64,000 bases of DNA from an uncultured Rhodobacteraceae bacterium (GTDB taxonomy: Bacteria > Pseudomonadota > Alphaproteobacteria > Rhodobacterales > Rhodobacteraceae). Position numbers and translations under genes: made by a program. Position 1 is the stretch's first letter. Every line of letters starts with the position of its first letter. The notes under the pieces are model-generated. The model searched no databases. It was not told the DNA's origin and saw only the letters and a program-made list of their open reading frames with translations. Shown one piece after another: positions 19,743 through 29,382 of the stretch. The stretch is taken from positions 9,393 through 73,392 of the forward strand of contig CANMKB010000007.1 in NCBI GenBank assembly GCA_947498415.1, read 5' to 3'.

Positions 19743-20858
19743 CTACTTAAGCGGGCCCGCTTCGAACAGGCGGACCTTGAGCCCACCATGCGGGATCGGT
19801 GCCCCGTTTCGCATACCGGGCAAGCCGGTTGCACGTGCCAATGACGCATCACTGGTGATGATCCCAACGCGCCACCCAGAGAACTCTTCCTTGAGGCGCT
19901 GCCCCAAGGCCCCATGAAGAGCGAACAACAGTTTTTTGTTCCCAATCCGGGCACCATAGGGTGGGTTCACAATTACAAGGCCGGGAGGGCCCTCAGGCCT
20001 TTTTAAGTCACCCACGGCCGATTGCGAAAACTCCGAAACATAATCGATTCCTGCCCGGAACGCATTCGCCCGAGACATTTCGATCGCACCCGCATTCCGA
20101 TCCGAGCCATAAAACTTCAAAGATGTTTCTTGCCTAGGTACGTCGCTGCGCATCTGTTCAAATGTTTCTGCATCAAAACTTGCGAGTTTTTCAAATCCAA
20201 AGGCCCGCTTGCGGCCGGGCTGAAGGCCCAGTGCAATCTCTGCCGCTTCAATCACAAATGTCCCAGACCCGCACATCGGGTCTAACACCGGCTGCGAGCC
20301 ATCGTATCCACAAGACCTTAAAAAAAGCGCGGCCAATGTTTCACGCATTGGGGCCTTGCCAACAGCTTCTTTATGACCACGTTTGTGGAGCGATTCACCG
20401 CTGGTATCGAGGCTGAAGGTCACGCGATTGTCTTCGATGCGCACTTTGACGACCACATCCGCCTCAGCAGAAATTTCTGCGCCAAGCTCTTCTTTAATCG
20501 CGCGTTCTATCCGCTGCTTGGCAGCTCCGGCATGGTAAATCTTTGACTTTTTACTCACAACATCCACGCGCACGGGCACATCAGAGCGTAGGAACTCCGA
20601 CCATGGGAACTTTCGCGACCGCTTATCAAGCTGCGCTGGATGAAAGGCCATAAAGCCACCAATCCGCACTAACACTCGTGTTGCACCGCGCACCTCTAAG
20701 TTGGTGCGCCAGACATCAGGCCATCCCCCTTTGAACTCTACGCCCCCCGGGATGACCTCTGCTTGGGTCCAACCCAAATGGTGAACCTCGGCACAAAGAA
20801 TGCCTTCGAGACCGGGCGGACACGCTAAAAATAGAGTGAATTGGTTTTGATCAGCCAT
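19743..20858 (-). CDS. THUMP-domain RNA methyltransferase (RlmL-like)
   Basis: LDTSGESLHKRG, APMRETLAA, DPMCGSGT, NPPYG. Confidence 0.87.
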   Translation of the reverse strand: MADQNQFTLFLACPPGLEGILCAEVHHLGWTQAEVIPGGVEFKGGWPDVWRTNLEVRGATRVLVRIGGFMAFHPAQLDKRSRKFPWSEFLRSDVPVRVDVVSKKSKIYHAGAAKQRIERAIKEELGAEISAEADVVVKVRIEDNRVTFSLDTSGESLHKRGHKEAVGKAPMRETLAALFLRSCGYDGSQPVLDPMCGSGTFVIEAAEIALGLQPGRKRAFGFEKLASFDAETFEQMRSDVPRQETSLKFYGSDRNAGAIEMSRANAFRAGIDYVSEFSQSAVGDLKRPEGPPGLVIVNPPYGARIGNKKLLFALHGALGQRLKEEFSGWRVGIITSDASLARATGLPGMRNGAPIPHGGLKVRLFEAGPLK

Positions 20859-20980
20859 AAAGCGTCCCTATTTGGAAACCCAATCGAAGCCAATAGGGAA
20901 TAGCCAAGTTCCAGCTTCTCCTAAAAAACCTTGGGTCACAAATATGGACATTTGCCCTTGAATACTTGATCCGGCCTCAA

Positions 20981-20990
20981 AAATAGATAA
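20981..20990. promoter_or_regulatory. Weak second BioR-like site
   Basis: AAATAGATAA, 8/10 match to TTATAGATAA. Confidence 0.35.
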
Positions 20991-21021
20991 AACAACCACA
21001 CAAACCGCACTGAATGAAAAA

Positions 21022-21031
21022 TTATCTATAA
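21022..21031. promoter_or_regulatory. BioR operator
   Basis: TTATCTATAA is an exact match to the BioR consensus TTATMKATAA, 9 nt before the bioB ATG. Confidence 0.85.
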
Positions 21032-21040
21032 AGTGAGATC

Positions 21041-22021
21041 ATGCTAGACACAACCTCCCCGGTACGCACCGACTGGACGCGCGAAGAAGCTGACGCAATC
21101 TACAACTTGCCCTTTATGGATTTGCTATATCGGGCGCACACAGTACACCGCGAGCACTTTGACCCAAACCAAGTTCAGCGCTCAAAGTTGCTGTCCATCA
21201 AAACAGGTGGATGCGCCGAGGACTGCGCATACTGCTCTCAATCTGCGCGCAACGGCGCTCAGCTGTCTGCATCCAAATTGATCGAAGTCGAACGCGTTCT
21301 ATCTGAGGCCCGCAAAGCCAAAGAAGGCGGAGCTACCCGGTATTGCATGGGCGCTGCATGGCGGTCTCCAAAAGATCGCGACATGGACGTGCTCGAAGCG
21401 ATGGTGCACGGCGTCAAAGAGCTTGGCATGGAAACATGCATGACCCTTGGCATGCTAGATGAGGAACAAGTGTTCCGCCTGAAAGACGCGGGCCTTGATT
21501 ACTACAACCACAACATCGACACATCCGAACGGTACTACAAAGAAATCATCACCACGCGGACATTTGCTGACCGCATCGACACGCTAAACCGCGTACGCGA
21601 AGCTGGCATCAAAGTGTGCGCCGGCGGCATTGTTGGCATGGGTGAGCAACAAATGGACCGTGTGGACATGTTGCTTGCACTGGCGACATTGAAAGAGCAC
21701 CCAGATTCTGTACCTGTGAACATGCTTATTCCCATCGCCGACACTCCACTGGCAGATGTGGAAAAACTGGACCCAATCGAATTTGTACGCACCATCGCCT
21801 TGGCGCGTATCTTGATGCCAAAGTCACATGTGCGTTTGTCTGCAGGGCGCACTGATATGACGGACGAGATGCAAACCATGTGTTTCTTTGCCGGCGCAAA
21901 CTCTATTTTTGTGGGTGACACGCTGCTGACAGCTGACAACCCAGAAGAAGACAAAGACAGCAAACTCTTTGCAAAACTGGGCATCACCGCCATGGCTGCG
22001 GGGTGTGACGGGTCGCGATGA
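21041..22021 (+). CDS. bioB: Biotin synthase
   Basis: [17 protein letters not shown] radical-SAM motif, YNHNIDT, VRLSAGR. Confidence 0.97.
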   Translation: MLDTTSPVRTDWTREEADAIYNLPFMDLLYRAHTVHREHFDPNQVQRSKLLSIKTGGCAEDCAYCSQSARNGAQLSASKLIEVERVLSEARKAKEGGATRYCMGAAWRSPKDRDMDVLEAMVHGVKELGMETCMTLGMLDEEQVFRLKDAGLDYYNHNIDTSERYYKEIITTRTFADRIDTLNRVREAGIKVCAGGIVGMGEQQMDRVDMLLALATLKEHPDSVPVNMLIPIADTPLADVEKLDPIEFVRTIALARILMPKSHVRLSAGRTDMTDEMQTMCFFAGANSIFVGDTLLTADNPEEDKDSKLFAKLGITAMAAGCDGSR

Positions 22022-23154
22022 CCCACCCCTTTCCCCGCCACGCTGAAGCGTTGGAACAGCTCAAATCTCGGGCGCGGTATCGTTCTTTGATCCCGCGCAA
22101 GGGGCATGACTTTTCGTCAAACGACTATCTTGGGCTGGCGGGATCAGAGGTTTTGTGCAGCGCGGCCCAAAGTGCCATCGCAAAAGGCGTGCCTGTTGGC
22201 GCAGGTGGATCGCGGCTTTTGCGTGGGAATGCCGACGCTCATCTCGAACTTGAGCAAGACGCAAGCAAGATATTTGGCACGGAAAAGGCCCTCTTTATGG
22301 GAGGCGGGTTCCAGGCCAATATGGCTATCTTCTCGACCCTACCCAGACATGACGATCTCGTTCTATACGATGCGCTGATTCATGCTAGCACGCATGATGG
22401 GATGAAACTGGGGCGGGCCAAAACGCAAAGTTTCAAACACAACGACGTTGCTGACGCGGAACAAACCATTGTCGAGTGGACAACCAACAACACGGGCCGC
22501 GTTTGGATTGCTGTCGAGACCGTCTATTCCATGGATGGTGACCTTGCCCCATTGGCAGACCTCATGACTTTGGCAGACAAATATGACGCGATCCTCGTCG
22601 CAGATGAGGCGCATGCAACCGGGCTTCATGGCCGAGATGGACTGGGCCTAACTCAGCCATTTCACGCCTCACAAAACGTCCTTTCCCTACACACCTGTGG
22701 AAAAGGGCTTGGTGTTTCCGGCGCCCTAATTTGCGGAAACGCAGCTTTAATTGATACGCTTATCAATAAGGCCCGTAGCTTTATTTTCGCAACGGCACCC
22801 TCCCCGCTAAACGCGGCTTTGGTGTCGGCCTCTCTTCGACACCTCGTAGAGAACCCCAGTTTGCGACACCGTGCGCTCGAAACAATAGCGCATGCGCATA
22901 CAGAAGCCGCGCGGCTATGTGGCCTGTCCGATTTCCAAAGCCAAATCATGCCGGTGATCATTGGCGATGATCCAAAAACGATGGACTTGGCCTCAAAGCT
23001 TCAATCAAGGGGCTATGACATACGTGGCATTCGACCGCCGACAGTTCCACGAGGCACATCGCGGCTCCGGCTTTCGATCACCGCAAACGTGTCAAAACAG
23101 GTCATCACTCAAATGTTCACCGATCTCGCGCAAGAACTGGAGCGTTCCGCATGA
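22018..23154 (+). CDS. bioF: 8-amino-7-oxononanoate synthase
   Basis: [37 protein letters not shown]. Confidence 0.94.
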   Translation: MTHPFPRHAEALEQLKSRARYRSLIPRKGHDFSSNDYLGLAGSEVLCSAAQSAIAKGVPVGAGGSRLLRGNADAHLELEQDASKIFGTEKALFMGGGFQANMAIFSTLPRHDDLVLYDALIHASTHDGMKLGRAKTQSFKHNDVADAEQTIVEWTTNNTGRVWIAVETVYSMDGDLAPLADLMTLADKYDAILVADEAHATGLHGRDGLGLTQPFHASQNVLSLHTCGKGLGVSGALICGNAALIDTLINKARSFIFATAPSPLNAALVSASLRHLVENPSLRHRALETIAHAHTEAARLCGLSDFQSQIMPVIIGDDPKTMDLASKLQSRGYDIRGIRPPTVPRGTSRLRLSITANVSKQVITQMFTDLAQELERSA

Positions 23155-23774
23155 ACCGCATCATTGTTGCCGGGACAGACACTGGCATTGGCAAAACCAT
23201 CTTTTCAGCAGCGCTGACACAGGCGTTGAACGGCACCTATTGGAAACCAGTCCAATCTGGGCTTGAAGATGAAACAGACACCGAGGTAGTCGCTCGGCTT
23301 ACAGGTCGCCCAACACTGCCAGAAGCTATTCGCCTCAGGCTCCCTGCGTCGCCCCATATTTCTGCCGATGCAGAGGGCATAACCATAGATCCTGCAAAGA
23401 TCGACATCCCTCGCGTCAATGGCCCCCTGATTATCGAAGGTGCGGGGGGTTTGATGGTGCCACTAAACCCTCAAACCCTTTACCTTGATCTTTTTGCTCA
23501 ATGGCAAATTCCTATCGTCCTTTGCGCCCGCACAGCATTGGGAACAATCAATCACAGCCTGCTGTCTGTTCGTGCACTCAAAGAGGCCGGCTGCCCGATC
23601 GCAGGCATCGCATTTATCGGGGACGCAGAGCCACAGGTTGAAAACACCATCACAGATTTCGGGCTGGTTTCGCACCTAGGCCGGATCCCAGTGTTAGAGT
23701 CTATTTCACCTCAATCTCTGTCAAATGCGGCCTCAGGTATTGATACTCACACAATCATCGAGGCCATGTCATGA
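23151..23774 (+). CDS. bioD: Dethiobiotin synthase
   Basis: GTDTGIGKT, WKPVQSG, EGAGG, LGTINH. Confidence 0.94.
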   Translation: MNRIIVAGTDTGIGKTIFSAALTQALNGTYWKPVQSGLEDETDTEVVARLTGRPTLPEAIRLRLPASPHISADAEGITIDPAKIDIPRVNGPLIIEGAGGLMVPLNPQTLYLDLFAQWQIPIVLCARTALGTINHSLLSVRALKEAGCPIAGIAFIGDAEPQVENTITDFGLVSHLGRIPVLESISPQSLSNAASGIDTHTIIEAMS

Positions 23775-25054
23775 CGCCTCTTGAGTTTGATCAGCAGCAC
23801 CTTTGGCACCCCTACACCAATGTAGTTAAACCAGGACCGACCTTTCGCGTAGCAGAGGCCGAAGGCGCACATCTGACACTCGATGATGGCTCCAAGTTGA
23901 TCGACGCGATGTCAAGCTGGTGGTGCATGCTGCACGGCCATCGCAATCCGAAAATCACGCAGGCGATCCATAACCAGCTTGATGTAATGCCACATGTCAT
24001 GTTCGGCGGCCTGACCCATGATCCTGCGATTGAGCTTGGACAAAGGCTTTTGTCTCTGACCCCGCCATCCCTGCAACGCATTTTCTATTGCGATTCTGGT
24101 TCTGTCGCGGTGGAAGTCGCGATGAAGATGGCGGTGCAATACCAGCACTCGATTGGCCAACCTGACCGCAGCCAGTTTGTCACGATCCGCTCTGGCTATC
24201 ACGGCGACACCTGGAAGGCGATGAGCGTATGCGATCCCGTAACCGGGATGCACCATCTGTTCAAAGGCGCCCTAAGCGTTCAGCATTTTGTATCGCGCCC
24301 ACCGGTTAAGCTGGGTGAAGACTGGATTGATGATCCAGATAAAAACGGCATCTCCGAGCTTCAGCAGATTCTTGAAAACCATCATCGCTCGATTGCCGGC
24401 TTTATCCTTGAACCTGTCGTTCAAGGCACGGGTGGGATGTATTTCTATCACCCTGAGTACCTTAACCAGGCGCGCAAACTGTGTGATGAATTTGGAGTGC
24501 TGTTGATCTTTGACGAGATCGCCACAGGGTTTGGCCGTGCCGGTAAGCTGTTTGGCACTTCGTTCACTAATATAGAGCCTGATATCATTTGCCTCGGCAA
24601 AGCGCTGACCGGGGGACACATCAGCTTTGCCTGCACGATGACAAACGATCGTGTTGCGAATGGCATCGGGCACGGAGAGCCCGGTATTTTCATGCATGGG
24701 CCAACCTATATGGCCAATCCATTGGCCTGCGCCGCAGCAAGCGCCGCATTAGATTTGCTGATCGAAAACGACTGGGCCGCCCAGACTGCAATACTGGAAA
24801 AGAGATTGTCTAAGGGTCTCGCACCTGCCGCTCAGTTCGCCAAGGTCGCTGATGTTCGTGTTCTGGGCGGGATTGGCGTGATCGAGATGAATCATCGTGT
24901 GTGCGCCGATCAAGCCCACACCCTCTCCAAAGAAACCGGCGTTTACCTGCGCCCCTTTGGCAAGAACATCTACACCATGCCGCCGTTTATCTGCACGGAT
25001 GAAGACGTCGTCAAAATTTGCAATGCCATGCTGCATTTGGCGCAGGTTCTATAA
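23771..25054 (+). CDS. bioA: DAPA aminotransferase
   Basis: HLWHPYT, SSWWC, DSGSVAVEVAMK, YHGDT, FDEIATGFGR, GKALTGG, HGPTYMANP. Confidence 0.95.
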   Translation: MTPLEFDQQHLWHPYTNVVKPGPTFRVAEAEGAHLTLDDGSKLIDAMSSWWCMLHGHRNPKITQAIHNQLDVMPHVMFGGLTHDPAIELGQRLLSLTPPSLQRIFYCDSGSVAVEVAMKMAVQYQHSIGQPDRSQFVTIRSGYHGDTWKAMSVCDPVTGMHHLFKGALSVQHFVSRPPVKLGEDWIDDPDKNGISELQQILENHHRSIAGFILEPVVQGTGGMYFYHPEYLNQARKLCDEFGVLLIFDEIATGFGRAGKLFGTSFTNIEPDIICLGKALTGGHISFACTMTNDRVANGIGHGEPGIFMHGPTYMANPLACAAASAALDLLIENDWAAQTAILEKRLSKGLAPAAQFAKVADVRVLGGIGVIEMNHRVCADQAHTLSKETGVYLRPFGKNIYTMPPFICTDEDVVKICNAMLHLAQVL

Positions 25055-25674
25055 TGCAGACCCGTTGGCTTAGACATAGTGGCGCTTCAGACTTGATTGT
25101 GCTTTTTGGCGGTTGGGCATTGGGTGCGGCACCCTTTGAACATCTGGCCGGTGATCAAGATGTGCTGTTTGTGGACGACTTTCGCGATCTTGGTGAACTG
25201 CCCGATCTATCCGCTTACGCGCACAAAGCAGCAGTTACCTATTCGTTTGGCGTGGCCGCGTTTTGCCATTTCTCACAGCGTACAAACATAGAATTTAACC
25301 GCCGAGTCGCGGTCAACGGAAGCCACGCACCGGTTGATCGCAAGCTCGGTATTCCCCCTGTCATTTTTGACAAAACCGCTGACACTCTGAGTGATGTAAA
25401 CTTTCAAAGCTTTCTTGCCCTGTGTCATGGATCAGAGCAGCCACACCAATCGATTGAGGTGGCAGCGCGGCAAGAAGAACTGTGGAAAGTCAAAGAACGT
25501 GGCAGCGCCCTGGCGCCAGCTTTTGATCGCATTTGGATCAGCACTGCCGACCGAATTTTCCCGACGGCAAACCTAAAACGCGCTTGGGCAGACCAAGCAA
25601 ATGTCATTACAGAGATTGACGCCCCGCATGTTCCATTTGCACTTTGGTCGAACTGGTCAGAGGTCTTATCATGA
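25054..25674 (+). CDS. bioG: BioG-like pimeloyl-ACP methyl ester esterase (DUF452)
   Basis: LIVLFGGW, YSFG nucleophile motif, VNG...GIPP, terminal PH; TAATG coupling to bioA. Confidence 0.78.
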   Translation: MQTRWLRHSGASDLIVLFGGWALGAAPFEHLAGDQDVLFVDDFRDLGELPDLSAYAHKAAVTYSFGVAAFCHFSQRTNIEFNRRVAVNGSHAPVDRKLGIPPVIFDKTADTLSDVNFQSFLALCHGSEQPHQSIEVAARQEELWKVKERGSALAPAFDRIWISTADRIFPTANLKRAWADQANVITEIDAPHVPFALWSNWSEVLS

Positions 25675-26438
25675 AAGATCTAACTGCCATTCCAAGTCTC
25701 AATCGGATCGAACGTAGCTTTCAACGCGGCCTTGCCACTTATCACAAGGCAGCGACGCATCAGGCCTCCATTGCAGATCAGTTGGTCAAAGTGTTGCTGT
25801 CCTCAGGTGCCCCAAAGCGCATTGATCGCATGTTCGAATTTGGGTCTGGTACCGGACATCTAACGCAAGCACTGCAAAGTCAGGTCACAGCACAGCAACA
25901 CTGGCTCAATGATTTGGTACCCGCTTGCCAAGACTATGCGCCTGCGGGGGCCTCGTTCATAGCCGGGCCGATTGAACAGATTGCACTCCCCTCAAGTCAA
26001 AACCTTATTTGTTCTGCAAACACCATCCAGTGGGTCGCGGACATTCCCAACTTGCTAAAACGCATCGACCGCGCCCTGGCTGCGAACGGTTGGCTTGCCC
26101 TAAGCGCCTTTGGTACAGCCCAATTTCACGAATTACGCGCCATCGGATCGACCGCCTCGGCACCCAGCTATGTGAATGCAGATGGTTGGCATCGCTTGCT
26201 GCCATCTGATCTGAAAATCAAACACCTGTCCCAAGCGCGCCGCGTCGAGTGGTTCCCCGATGCACTGACGCTTCTTAAGCATCTGCGCGACACAGGTGTA
26301 AACGGAGCGGCGCAGGAGGTTTGGTCACGGCGAAAATTGCGCGAATTCGAGACAGAGTATCGCAACCGTTTTGGAACCCCTAAAGGTTTGCCTTTGAGTT
26401 ATGATCCCGTTTGGATTGTTGCGCAGAAAACGGGTTAA
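25671..26438 (+). CDS. bioC: Malonyl-ACP O-methyltransferase BioC-like
   Basis: SF.RGLATY..AA.HQ, EFGSGTG, QWVAD, HLRDTGVN, LSYDP. Confidence 0.85.
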   Translation: MKDLTAIPSLNRIERSFQRGLATYHKAATHQASIADQLVKVLLSSGAPKRIDRMFEFGSGTGHLTQALQSQVTAQQHWLNDLVPACQDYAPAGASFIAGPIEQIALPSSQNLICSANTIQWVADIPNLLKRIDRALAANGWLALSAFGTAQFHELRAIGSTASAPSYVNADGWHRLLPSDLKIKHLSQARRVEWFPDALTLLKHLRDTGVNGAAQEVWSRRKLREFETEYRNRFGTPKGLPLSYDPVWIVAQKTG

Positions 26439-27046
26439 CCCAAACGTGATAGGTGCCGTTGAATCACGGACACCGCAGTATCCACATCCCGTTTTGCAAT
26501 CGCCAGCATAAGTGCGGAATGATCGCGATCTGTACGCTCGACCCAGTTCTTGGCATAAGTGGCCAGCATGTGCCGGGCACTTAGCATTTGCAAATCAGTT
26601 ATCTCAGAAATCAAACGCGGCATGTTGCACCCTGCCAAAATCGCGAGGTGAAAGCGTCTATTTTCGCGCTCCCACGTCACAACGTCCTGAGCCGCATCAC
26701 AAGCCACACGTGCCTCTTCTGCCTCTGCTCGTTGCGCAGCCGTCAAATGCGGAACAGAGTGTCGCAAGGCCACTGGCTCGAGCGCCAGTCGCATCAGTCG
26801 GATTTCCTGCACATCGCCAGGATTGAATGGGGCCACGCGCACACCACGCCTAGGTAGGCTCACGGCCAGTCCCTTTGCCTCAAGTCTCAGCAAGGCTTCG
26901 CGCACGGGCACGTGGCTGGTATTGAAACTTTTGGCAATGTGGTCTTGCCGCAGCTTTTCATCCGGCACCAATTCGCCGCGCACGATTTGCTCGGTAAGAG
27001 TCAGAGTGATTTGATCTGAAATGGTCAGCTTAGGCGGGTGAGACAT
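26435..27046 (-). CDS. bioR: GntR-family biotin repressor BioR
   Basis: KLRQDHIA..FNTSHVPVREAL signature plus an FCD domain; adjacent to the bio operon, which carries a perfect BioR box. Confidence 0.82.
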   Translation of the reverse strand: MSHPPKLTISDQITLTLTEQIVRGELVPDEKLRQDHIAKSFNTSHVPVREALLRLEAKGLAVSLPRRGVRVAPFNPGDVQEIRLMRLALEPVALRHSVPHLTAAQRAEAEEARVACDAAQDVVTWERENRRFHLAILAGCNMPRLISEITDLQMLSARHMLATYAKNWVERTDRDHSALMLAIAKRDVDTAVSVIQRHLSRLG

Positions 27047-27090
27047 GAAATACTGTTAAGAACGCAATGGATGTGACGCAAGCTGCATCT

Positions 27091-27861
27091 TCAGGTTTTT
27101 CCAGTCGCTTCAAGCTGATCCATCGAAAAAATGCTCACGGGGCCTTCTTGAAGTTCCAGCCAATACTGACGGCAAAATTCCCAGACCTCGGGAAAATGCG
27201 CAAGGTGGTGAGTCAGCAAACCAAATGGTTCCGTCGCATCGCTTTTCCCGCGCCGGCGACGACGCAACAAACGCCATGTTTTATCTGCGAGCCGAGAAGG
27301 GTCTGACAGTCGTTTCGCAGGACGCCAGTAAAGCGGATCGATGTGTGTGTTAATCTGCGTAAGCCCAGCAACGGGGTTCGCCGTTAACCTGGGATTACAT
27401 GTGGAATACGCACGATAGCCAAGGCTCGGCAGTTCTGCGACGAAATCTTCACTAGATCTGTTCCATGGCGGCACAAACATCGGCGCCGCGCGGTCGCCAA
27501 AACGTGCCTGTAAAACTTTCAATCCTTGCTCCGCCTCTTCGCGTCGATCCGTAAGAGATCGGTCTGAACCAAACTCATTCTTTGGCCCGTCACCCTTTTG
27601 ATGATCTGTATGCGACCAGCCATGCACAACCGGAACAAAGGAAGTTTCGACTTTGAGGTAGGGTGCAAGTTCTGACTTAAGATTTCGTGGAATGATGGCC
27701 AGATGAACGGGAACTCCCACTTCATCAGACAGGGTATTCAACTTGTCCAGATTTTGACTCGGCTCAATCGCATCATCATCGCGCCACCAAATCGGAAGTT
27801 CGAGCCCTGACTTGCGCCAGTACTGAAGTTCTGTTCGCAGTGGAGACCAATCGATCTTCAT
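27091..27861 (-). CDS. Polysaccharide deacetylase family protein
   Basis: WWRDDDA, VHGWSH, FVPPWNR, HIDP, LTHHL. Confidence 0.8.
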   Translation of the reverse strand: MKIDWSPLRTELQYWRKSGLELPIWWRDDDAIEPSQNLDKLNTLSDEVGVPVHLAIIPRNLKSELAPYLKVETSFVPVVHGWSHTDHQKGDGPKNEFGSDRSLTDRREEAEQGLKVLQARFGDRAAPMFVPPWNRSSEDFVAELPSLGYRAYSTCNPRLTANPVAGLTQINTHIDPLYWRPAKRLSDPSRLADKTWRLLRRRRRGKSDATEPFGLLTHHLAHFPEVWEFCRQYWLELQEGPVSIFSMDQLEATGKT

Positions 27862-27950
27862 GCGTGCTCGTCCTCATCTGCCATAACGGCTTTTTTAGTT
27901 GAGGATTAGTTATGCGGGAACCATGATTAATAAATCAATAAGAATATGGA

Positions 27951-28901
27951 TTATGTGTTCTTTTTCCCTCTTACGAGTTGGCGTAAATTTCGGGCACAGC
28001 CCTTCAGAGCCGCAAAATCATCCACGATTAAGTTCACGCCAATTGACGCGGCGAGGTCTGAAAATCTGCCTTTGCGAGACATATATTCAGAAAAGCCTAA
28101 GCCCCCCAGATGAGGCACTACAGCCCGGGAAACACCGCCGGTTAAGTAGATGCCACCAAAGGGCAGATGGGATAGTGCATAGTCTCCGACAACGCTACCT
28201 AACAGAGCGCCATAATCTGTCATCGCACTGACAGCGGAGGTCTCTCCTGCCTCAAAGGACTGCATCACGTCAGAGGCGGCGCGTGCTTCTCGGCTATGGT
28301 ACCGATACAGGTTTTCGATACCTTGTCCGGCAAGCGCGAGTTCTATTGATGCAAAACCGTATTCTTTGGTGAGCCACCCAGTAAACTCTTCGCATCCGGG
28401 TACAAGCGGCAATGCAGCATGACCAGCTTCACATGACGGAACCACGAGATCTGCGCCATGGGTGTGAACGGGTACAATATTAAACCCAGTCCCTAGACCG
28501 ACAACCAATCTAGGGCCTTTTCCGTTCGAATTTCCGGGCAGAACCGGCTCTACGGTGTCTTGGGTCAGCTCATCTAGGGCATATCCCTGGGCTTGCAGGT
28601 CATTGATCACATCAACGACTTCGGCTCCCGTGGCTTTTGAAATGCTGTCTCGGTCAATGCGCCAATTCAGGTTGGTCATTTGAGCTACACCATCATGAAC
28701 GGGACCCGCCACCCCAGCACAAGCGCCGGCGAGTTTTCCAGGTTCCAGTTCATTTAGATAAGTCGCGAGGATCGCCTCAAAACTTTGGCTTTCAGCGTTT
28801 TTGAACCGGCGAGTTGCCTGTTCAATCAAACCAGCATCATTCGCCAATCCAACTCTTGTATTTGTGCCGCCAATGTCTGCGACCAGAAACAACTTTTCCA
28901 T
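27951..28901 (-). CDS. glk: Glucokinase
   Basis: ADIGGTNTR, GVAGPV, INDLQA, GLGTG, EAGH, GGIYLTGG. Confidence 0.88.
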   Translation of the reverse strand: MEKLFLVADIGGTNTRVGLANDAGLIEQATRRFKNAESQSFEAILATYLNELEPGKLAGACAGVAGPVHDGVAQMTNLNWRIDRDSISKATGAEVVDVINDLQAQGYALDELTQDTVEPVLPGNSNGKGPRLVVGLGTGFNIVPVHTHGADLVVPSCEAGHAALPLVPGCEEFTGWLTKEYGFASIELALAGQGIENLYRYHSREARAASDVMQSFEAGETSAVSAMTDYGALLGSVVGDYALSHLPFGGIYLTGGVSRAVVPHLGGLGFSEYMSRKGRFSDLAASIGVNLIVDDFAALKGCARNLRQLVRGKKNT

Positions 28902-29067
28902 AAGGCCTCCCGAATCCTTAGAGAATGTTAGCGCTACCGTTTGTCTTACTTGGTTTCAAACCACAGCGCCAGCATGATGCATTAAGCAAGAGTGACCCGA
29001 TTGTCATGGCTCATACTCTCGTTTGCTTTGTTCCTATCGCTTCTGGCAAGAATCCCACAAAATATAT

Positions 29068-29084
29068 CCGACTAATAAAATCAG
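29068..29084. promoter_or_regulatory. Iron-Rhodo-box-like site (degenerate copy)
   Basis: CCGACT-AATAA-AATCAG, two mismatches to CTGACT-N5-AGTCAG. Confidence 0.5.
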
Positions 29085-29096
29085 GAATTGACTCTC

Positions 29097-29113
29097 CTGA
29101 CTTTTTTAGTCAG
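29097..29113. promoter_or_regulatory. Iron-Rhodo-box-like palindrome upstream of hemP
   Basis: CTGACT-TTTTT-AGTCAG, perfect 6-bp arms around a 5-nt spacer, 25 nt before the hemP ATG. Confidence 0.7.
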
Positions 29114-29138
29114 AAATATTTCATCTCGTAGCCACAGG

Positions 29139-29306
29139 ATGCATAAAATGAATATTCAAACACCGATTTCTGAACTGTTCGCCGACACACCCGTCCACGA
29201 TGCCAAGATCATTACGGGTGAAAATGGCCTCGCTCGCATTGTGCTCAACGAGCAAGTTTACACGCTTCGCATTACTCGCGCTGGCAAGCTGATTCTCACG
29301 AAGTAA
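29139..29306 (+). CDS. hemP: Hemin uptake protein HemP/HmuP
   Basis: C-terminal YTLRITRAGKLILTK signature; start at ATG 29139 or 29148. Confidence 0.9.
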   Translation: MHKMNIQTPISELFADTPVHDAKIITGENGLARIVLNEQVYTLRITRAGKLILTK

Positions 29307-29328
29307 TCAAAACATCCATCACATACGA

Positions 29329-29354
29329 AAAGGGCGACCCTTGGGCCGCCCTTT
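29329..29354. terminator. Bidirectional terminator between hemP and tauC
   Basis: AAAGGGCG/CGCCCTTT inverted repeat between convergent genes. Confidence 0.7.
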
Positions 29355-29382
29355 CGCATATTTGCACTTGAAGAAAAGGCAC

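Noticed and set aside
27924-27937. TGATT-N4-AATCA resembling an FNR box
   Set aside because: The arms differ from TTGAT-N4-ATCAA, and it lies between co-oriented genes in AT-rich sequence.
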